DNA of 64,000 nucleotides from OCS116 cluster bacterium AG-435-F03 (GTDB lineage: Bacteria; Pseudomonadota; Alphaproteobacteria; MED-G09), in the NCBI GenBank assembly GCA_003212795.1, contig QCOV01000004.1, positions 11,762 to 75,761 on the forward strand, read 5' to 3'. Below the pieces are notes generated by a model. That model saw nothing but the letters and a program-made list of their open reading frames with translations. It ran no database searches and was not told the DNA's origin. Every line of letters starts with the position of its first letter. Within the stretch, counting starts at the first letter, position 1. This document shows, piece by piece, positions 58,979 to 64,000 of this stretch. The position numbers and the translations under genes were made by a program.

Positions 58979-60316
58979 CTATTTTCTCTTTAATCTTTCC
59001 ATTACTTTATTATAGCCCATTAATAAAATAAGTTTATTTAATTCTGGTCCATTTGTTTTTCCTGTTAAAGCAATTCTTATTGGCATAAACAATTCTTTAC
59101 CCTTTTTTTGTGTTTTTTCTTTTAATCTTAATATCCATTCATCCCATGTTTTTGAGTCCCAAGGTTCATTAGGTAAAAGATCCTGAGCAATAGTTAAATA
59201 ATTTTCTTCTAAATTAAAATCACCTTCAATTGGTTCATTTAAGATTTTGATCCAATCATTAACCTCTGATAAAGTTGAGATATTTTGTTTAATACAATCC
59301 CAAAATTCTGCATCCAAAAAATCATTTTTATCTTTAAGAAGCAGAGATATTTTTTCAAAATCGTAATTAGAAATTAATTGCGAATTAAGTTTATCTAGCT
59401 GATTATTGCTATAACGAGCAGGTGATTTACTAAGTGAACTAATTTCAAATTTATCAGCTAAAAGATCTAATGATTCAAAAGCTTCAATATCAACTGAACT
59501 ACCTATAGACGCATTAAGAGAATTGACTGCATTAGGATCAATATCTTTTTCTTTAAGCTGTTCAATTGAAGCCGCTGCATTTCTTTTTGAAAAAGGTTCA
59601 CCATTCTCTGAAACCAGTAAAGAATTATGTCCAAAAAGAGGTATGTTTGAATTAAGGGCATTAAATATTTCAATTTGTATTCCAGAATTTGTAATATGAT
59701 CTTCCCCTCTAATTATATGAGTTATATTCATATCAATATCATCAACAACGCTTGGCAGATTATATAGATAATCACCATCTTCTCTTTTTATAACAGGATC
59801 AGACTGGGCTGCTAGATCAACACTTACATCCCCCCTAATTAAATCTTTAAATTTAATTTTTTTACTTGAAAGCTTAAATCGCCAATATGGTTTTTTTCCA
59901 GAATCCAATAATGATTTTATTTCATCTTGTTTAAGTTTTAAGGCAGCTCGATCGTAAACAGGTGGCATCCTTCTTGTAATTAATCTTTTTCTTTTTTTAT
60001 CTAATTCATCGGGCGTTTCAAAACAAGGATAAATTAAATCTTTAGCTTTCAGAATATCAAATGCCTTATCATAAAGTGTAATTCTATTTGATTGCTGATA
60101 ACATTCATCATAATTCAAGCCAAGCCAACTAAGATCCTCTTTAATGCTATCTATATATTTATCCTTACTTCTCTCTTGATCAGTATCATCAATTCTTAAA
60201 ATAAACTTTCCATTACTTTTTTTTGAAACCAAAAAATTAAGCAATGCAGTCCTTACATTCCCTACATGAAGTAAGCCCGAAGGACTAGGAGCAAATCTTG
60301 TTACTGAATTATTCAA
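58979..60316 (-). CDS. gltX: Glutamate--tRNA ligase
   Basis: 'RFAPSPSGLLHVGNVRTAL' (HIGH) and 'RIDDTDQER' motifs; 445 aa. Confidence 0.8.
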   Translation of the reverse strand: MNNSVTRFAPSPSGLLHVGNVRTALLNFLVSKKSNGKFILRIDDTDQERSKDKYIDSIKEDLSWLGLNYDECYQQSNRITLYDKAFDILKAKDLIYPCFETPDELDKKRKRLITRRMPPVYDRAALKLKQDEIKSLLDSGKKPYWRFKLSSKKIKFKDLIRGDVSVDLAAQSDPVIKREDGDYLYNLPSVVDDIDMNITHIIRGEDHITNSGIQIEIFNALNSNIPLFGHNSLLVSENGEPFSKRNAAASIEQLKEKDIDPNAVNSLNASIGSSVDIEAFESLDLLADKFEISSLSKSPARYSNNQLDKLNSQLISNYDFEKISLLLKDKNDFLDAEFWDCIKQNISTLSEVNDWIKILNEPIEGDFNLEENYLTIAQDLLPNEPWDSKTWDEWILRLKEKTQKKGKELFMPIRIALTGKTNGPELNKLILLMGYNKVMERLKRK

Positions 60317-61958
60317 TTTTATCTCTAAATTTATTGGTTATTGGATATCTTCTATCTCTTCCAAAGTTTCTTAAACTAATTTTAACCCCTGGAGCAGATT
60401 GTCTTCTTTTGTATTCTGATACATATAATAAATTCTCAACCTTTTTAATTTCTTCTCTAGAAAATCCTTTTTTCTCAAGCTCACTTGTACTTAATTCATA
60501 TTCGACTAAACCTTCTAAAATTTGATCCAATTCATCATAAGGAGGAAGTGAATCTGAGTCTTTTTGATTGTCTCTAAGCTCAGCAGTTGGTTCTTTACTT
60601 ATTATAGATGCAGGTATGACATCTTTCTTATCTAATAATATATTATTTGGGAGATTGATATTTCGCCAATTGGCTAGAGCATATAATTCTGTCTTATAAA
60701 TATCTTTTATAGGATTAAATCCTCCATTCATATCTCCATACAAAGTGGAATAACCAACTGAAACTTCTGATTTATTTCCAGTCGTTATTAGCATCTTTCC
60801 TTTCTTATTCGATATGGCCATCAATATTGTGCCTCTTATTCTTGATTGTAAATTTTCTTCTGTAATGTCATTTGGCAAACCCTTAAATGAAGTCTTTAAA
60901 GACTCTTCAAGAGATAGAAAAGTATCGCTTATCGGTATAGTTTCTAAATTAATTTCTAATCTATTTGCACAATCCTCAGCATCAATCGTGCTATTTTCAG
61001 ATGTATAATTTGAAGGCAACATATAGGCTTCAACCTTATCTTTACCAAGAGCATCAACGGCTACAGCAGCACAAAATGCAGAGTCTATACCACCAGACAA
61101 ACCTAAAATAACTCCAGGAAAATTATTTTTACTTACATAATCTCTCAGACCAATAACTGTTGCCATATATATATTTTCTAAATCAGAAAATTTGAATTCA
61201 TTAAAAGATAGATTATTAAATTTTTTTTCTTTTTCATTAAACTCAATAACAGCATTATGCTCTTGCCATGGAGGAGCTTCATATATTATCTCTTTATCTC
61301 CATTCATTATAAGGCTACTTCCATCAAAAACCAATTCATCCTGACCTCCGACTTGATTAATATACACAAATGGAAGTCCAATCTCAGATACTCTATCTTC
61401 TATAATTGTTTTTCTCTGATTAATTTTATATTTATCAAAAGGAGATCCATTTGGAGAAACGATCAATTCGCAACCTTGATTCTTAAGCTCTAAACAAACA
61501 TTGTCCTGCCAAATATCTTCACAAATTGGAACTCCTAACTTAAGTCCTCTAAATTCAAATACTTTTGGAATATCATTTTGATGAAAAACACGTTTTTCAT
61601 CAAAAACGCTATAATTTGGTAAATTAATTTTTTTAGAAAAACCAATCAACTTACCTTCATCTACAATTGCTGCAGCATTAAATAGATTGTTTTTCTCATA
61701 TATTGGCAGACCGACAATTAAACCTACTTTTTTTGTTTTTGAATAATTTATTAATGTATCTAAAGCATTTCTGCATTCTTCAACAAATGACTTTTTTAAA
61801 ACTAAATCCTCAGGAGGATAACCAGATAAGAATAGTTCAGAAAAAACAACCAGATCAGAATTTAATTCTTCTGCTTGATCAAGAATATCGATAGCTCTTT
61901 TAAGATTACCGTCGATGTCTCCAACAATGTTATTTATTTGTGCTAAAAATAATTTCAT
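60309..61958 (-). CDS. nadE: Glutamine-dependent NAD+ synthetase
   Basis: N-terminal nitrilase/CN-hydrolase domain, C-terminal NAD synthetase 'GLSGGIDSA' P-loop; 549 aa. Confidence 0.85.
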   Translation of the reverse strand: MKLFLAQINNIVGDIDGNLKRAIDILDQAEELNSDLVVFSELFLSGYPPEDLVLKKSFVEECRNALDTLINYSKTKKVGLIVGLPIYEKNNLFNAAAIVDEGKLIGFSKKINLPNYSVFDEKRVFHQNDIPKVFEFRGLKLGVPICEDIWQDNVCLELKNQGCELIVSPNGSPFDKYKINQRKTIIEDRVSEIGLPFVYINQVGGQDELVFDGSSLIMNGDKEIIYEAPPWQEHNAVIEFNEKEKKFNNLSFNEFKFSDLENIYMATVIGLRDYVSKNNFPGVILGLSGGIDSAFCAAVAVDALGKDKVEAYMLPSNYTSENSTIDAEDCANRLEINLETIPISDTFLSLEESLKTSFKGLPNDITEENLQSRIRGTILMAISNKKGKMLITTGNKSEVSVGYSTLYGDMNGGFNPIKDIYKTELYALANWRNINLPNNILLDKKDVIPASIISKEPTAELRDNQKDSDSLPPYDELDQILEGLVEYELSTSELEKKGFSREEIKKVENLLYVSEYKRRQSAPGVKISLRNFGRDRRYPITNKFRDKIE

Positions 61959-62058
61959 TTTTCTAAAATTTAATATTTATCATAAGTTTAAACAAGTTTG
62001 CTTATTTATTATAACATTATATATACTTATCAATATCTATATCCAAGAGGAGTTGATT

Positions 62059-63069
62059 ATGAGTAGCAATAGAAGTAAAGAAATTCATTTAGCTAATAGA
62101 CCAACTGGATTTCCTGACGATACAAATTTTATAGTTAAAGAAGTTGATTTAACTGATCCAAACACTGACGAAGTATTAGTAAAAAATTTATGGATGTCTG
62201 TTGATCCTTATATGAGAGGACGAATGATTGACAGAAAGAGTTATGTTCCCCCTTTTCAAATAGATCAAGTTCTTGAAGGTGGGGCTATTGGTATCGTTGA
62301 AAAATCTAATTCTAGTAACCTAAATGAAGGTGATTATGTAATGTCAAATTACGGTTGGAGAGAGTATTTTGTTACGAATGAAAATAACTTAAAAGTTATA
62401 AATCCAGAATTCGGTCCTATTCAAGCTTATTTAGGGGCTCTTGGAATGCCAGGTTTAACTGCATATGCCGGTCTACTCGAAGTTGGTAAATTACAAGATG
62501 GAGAAAATGTTTTGGTTTCTGCAGCTGCAGGTGCTGTTGGATCTGTAGTATGTCAAATAGCTAAAGCAAAGGGTTGTAAAGTCTACGGAACATCAGGTTC
62601 AGATGAAAAATGTAGATGGCTTGAAAAAGAGTTAGGTATAGATAAAGCAATAAATTATAAAAAAGTAGATAATCTTATATCGGAATATAGGTCTCAAATA
62701 ACTGATGGAATAGATGTTTATTTTGAAAATGTTGGCGGTGATCATCTTGAGGCAGCAATTAATATTTTAAATGTTGGCGGCAGAATTGCTCTTTGCGGAA
62801 TGATTGACCAATATAATGATGAGGCCGTAAGAAGTGGACCACCTAACTTGATGATGTTAATTATGAAAAATGCGAGTATGGAAGGTTTCATTGTTTCAAA
62901 GTATAATCATCTTCAAGAACAATTCTTAAATGATATGAAGGGTTGGATCGATTCTGGTAATTTATCTTGGAAAGAGACAGTGGTTGAAGGCATTGATAAT
63001 GCTCCTAAAGCTTTTATAAATTTATTTTCAGGAAAAAATACTGGTAAAATGCTTGTAAAAATATCATAA
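62059..63069 (+). CDS. NADP-dependent oxidoreductase, MDR family (YncB/CurA/alkenal reductase-like)
   Basis: 'LANRPTGFPDDTNF...VKNLWMSVDPYMRGRM' and 'AAAGAVGSVVCQIAKAKGCKVYG'. RBS 'GAGGAG' before the ATG at 62059. The longer ORF-track N-terminus is AT-rich read-through. Confidence 0.7.
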   Translation: MSSNRSKEIHLANRPTGFPDDTNFIVKEVDLTDPNTDEVLVKNLWMSVDPYMRGRMIDRKSYVPPFQIDQVLEGGAIGIVEKSNSSNLNEGDYVMSNYGWREYFVTNENNLKVINPEFGPIQAYLGALGMPGLTAYAGLLEVGKLQDGENVLVSAAAGAVGSVVCQIAKAKGCKVYGTSGSDEKCRWLEKELGIDKAINYKKVDNLISEYRSQITDGIDVYFENVGGDHLEAAINILNVGGRIALCGMIDQYNDEAVRSGPPNLMMLIMKNASMEGFIVSKYNHLQEQFLNDMKGWIDSGNLSWKETVVEGIDNAPKAFINLFSGKNTGKMLVKIS

Positions 63070-63076
63070 GACAAAA

Positions 63077-63499
63077 ATGAGTGATTTAAAAATTGAAGAT
63101 TTAATTACCGATTTTGAATTTTTTGATAATTGGGAAGACAAATACAAATATATTATCGAATTAGGTAAAAACTGTCCCTCATTAAATGAAAATGAAAAAA
63201 ATAATGATAATAAGGTTGATGGTTGCGCAAGCCAAGTCTGGTTAATTACTAAAAAAGAAAAGCTAAATGATAAAATTATCCTTAAATTTAAGGGAGACTC
63301 AGATGCTTTAATAGTAAAAGGTTTGGTTGTTATTCTTTTCAGTATTTTTTCGGAAAAGTCACCAGATGAAATTATTAAAATCGATGCCTTTGAGAAATTG
63401 AGAAATCTTGATCTCGAGAGAAATCTAACTATGCAAAGATCAAACGGATTATCATCTATGGTAAAAAGGATTAAAGAAGAAGCTCAAAAATACATCTAG
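63077..63499 (+). CDS. sufE: Cysteine desulfuration protein SufE-like
   Basis: Conserved active-site region 'VDGCASQVWLI'; 140 aa. Confidence 0.7.
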   Translation: MSDLKIEDLITDFEFFDNWEDKYKYIIELGKNCPSLNENEKNNDNKVDGCASQVWLITKKEKLNDKIILKFKGDSDALIVKGLVVILFSIFSEKSPDEIIKIDAFEKLRNLDLERNLTMQRSNGLSSMVKRIKEEAQKYI

Positions 63500-63501
63500 A
63501 T

Positions 63502-64000
63502 ATGACTAAAAATTTTTTATATTACATGATTGGTCAGGGATCATGGTTTCTTTCACAAGGCCTTCAAATGGTTCTTTTTCCTACAATTCTAGTCTTAATG
63601 CTTAATGTTTCACCAGCTTTCTATGGATTGGCACAAGTATCTATTCTTGCCCCTTCAATTTTCTTAATTGTATTAGGGGGAGCAATTGCAGATAGGGTTG
63701 ATACAAGAAGATTGCTTGGAATTATCCACCTTTTAGCTACCTTACCTTTATTCCTTATATTATTTGGACTTAATTATAGCTTTCTTTCTTTTCAAATTAT
63801 GATTTTGTATGGTCTAACGACTGGAACAGCTCAAGCCTTTGCTCTTCCAGCGAGAGATAGCTTGCTTAACAAAGTTGCTGATGGGAATATTCAAAAAACT
63901 GTAATAACAGCTATGCTTATTCAATTCATTTGCCAATTAAGCGGGATGAGTATGGGTGGTTTAGCAGATGAGTGGGGGATTTTTCCTCTTGTTATTATGC
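63502..64000 (+). CDS. MFS transporter, 5' fragment (runs off the window end)
   Basis: ATG at 63502. Hydrophobic helices with 'GGAIADRVDTRRLLGI', an MFS motif A-like loop. Confidence 0.5.
   Translation, partial: MTKNFLYYMIGQGSWFLSQGLQMVLFPTILVLMLNVSPAFYGLAQVSILAPSIFLIVLGGAIADRVDTRRLLGIIHLLATLPLFLILFGLNYSFLSFQIMILYGLTTGTAQAFALPARDSLLNKVADGNIQKTVITAMLIQFICQLSGMSMGGLADEWGIFPLVIM

Noticed and set aside
854-61894. Many 60-130-aa ORFs embedded in or antisense to long genes (e.g. 854-1042, 4101-4292, 5951-6205, 7132-7344, 10724-10930, 12167-12523, 18601-18999, 28210-28643, 42421-42902, 43338-43781, 52846-53088, 58169-58357, 60814-61894)
   Set aside because: In an AT-rich genome, shadow ORFs are expected by chance. 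Each lies wholly inside a longer, motif-supported CDS on the other strand or frame, and none has a signal, RBS or recognisable domain.
61915-62058. N-terminal 48-aa extension of the MDR oxidoreductase ORF suggested by the ORF track
   Set aside because: The extension is AT-rich read-through of the divergent promoter region and overlaps nadE. A strong RBS (GAGGAG) precedes the ATG at 62059, and the family N-terminus begins there.
1-64000. Search for tRNA, rRNA, CRISPR arrays and transposase/integrase genes
   Set aside because: No intergenic gap has a GC-rich ~75-nt cloverleaf candidate. No regularly spaced direct-repeat array was seen. No ORF shows transposase (DDE) or tyrosine/serine recombinase motifs. 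The guaA-end repeats are therefore reported only as scars.

Overview
Low-GC (about 30% G+C) proteobacterial chromosome segment, probably from a marine Gammaproteobacterium. The TtpB/TtpC-ExbB-ExbD-TonB-TPR 'TonB2'-type cluster and a guaB-guaA operon with rlmE upstream support that placement; the organism cannot be named from sequence alone. About 65 protein-coding genes are tightly packed. No rRNA, tRNA or CRISPR array was detected. Housekeeping genes present are guaA, guaB, rlmE, gltX, nadE, a cimA-like citramalate synthase and sufE. The rest is dominated by accessory functions: several glutathione S-transferases, short-chain dehydrogenases (SDRs), alpha/beta hydrolases, an RND efflux pump and a choline dehydrogenase-like GMC oxidoreductase. 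Four things stand out. (1) A TonB-dependent outer-membrane receptor carries five separate His/Asp/Glu-rich segments of the form (HHDEDE)n, each encoded by near-perfect tandem 9-18 nt DNA repeats, and is preceded by a small secreted His-rich protein; together they look like a candidate metal (Zn/Ni/Co-type) acquisition module with possibly slippage-variable repeats. (2) A plus-strand cluster encodes a PQQ-type sugar dehydrogenase fused to a cytochrome c domain, translationally coupled to a twin-arginine (Tat)-signal PLP aminotransferase, downstream of two tandem GPH-family cation symporters. (3) The 3' end of guaA is duplicated as a 38-bp direct repeat flanking a ~260-bp insert that contains a 20-bp perfect inverted repeat; a third related core lies beyond an adjacent ORFan, which looks like an integration hotspot. 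(4) An eight-gene, tightly spaced minus-strand catabolic-like operon has no obvious known pathway assignment. All functional calls are from motif recognition by eye; no database searches were run.
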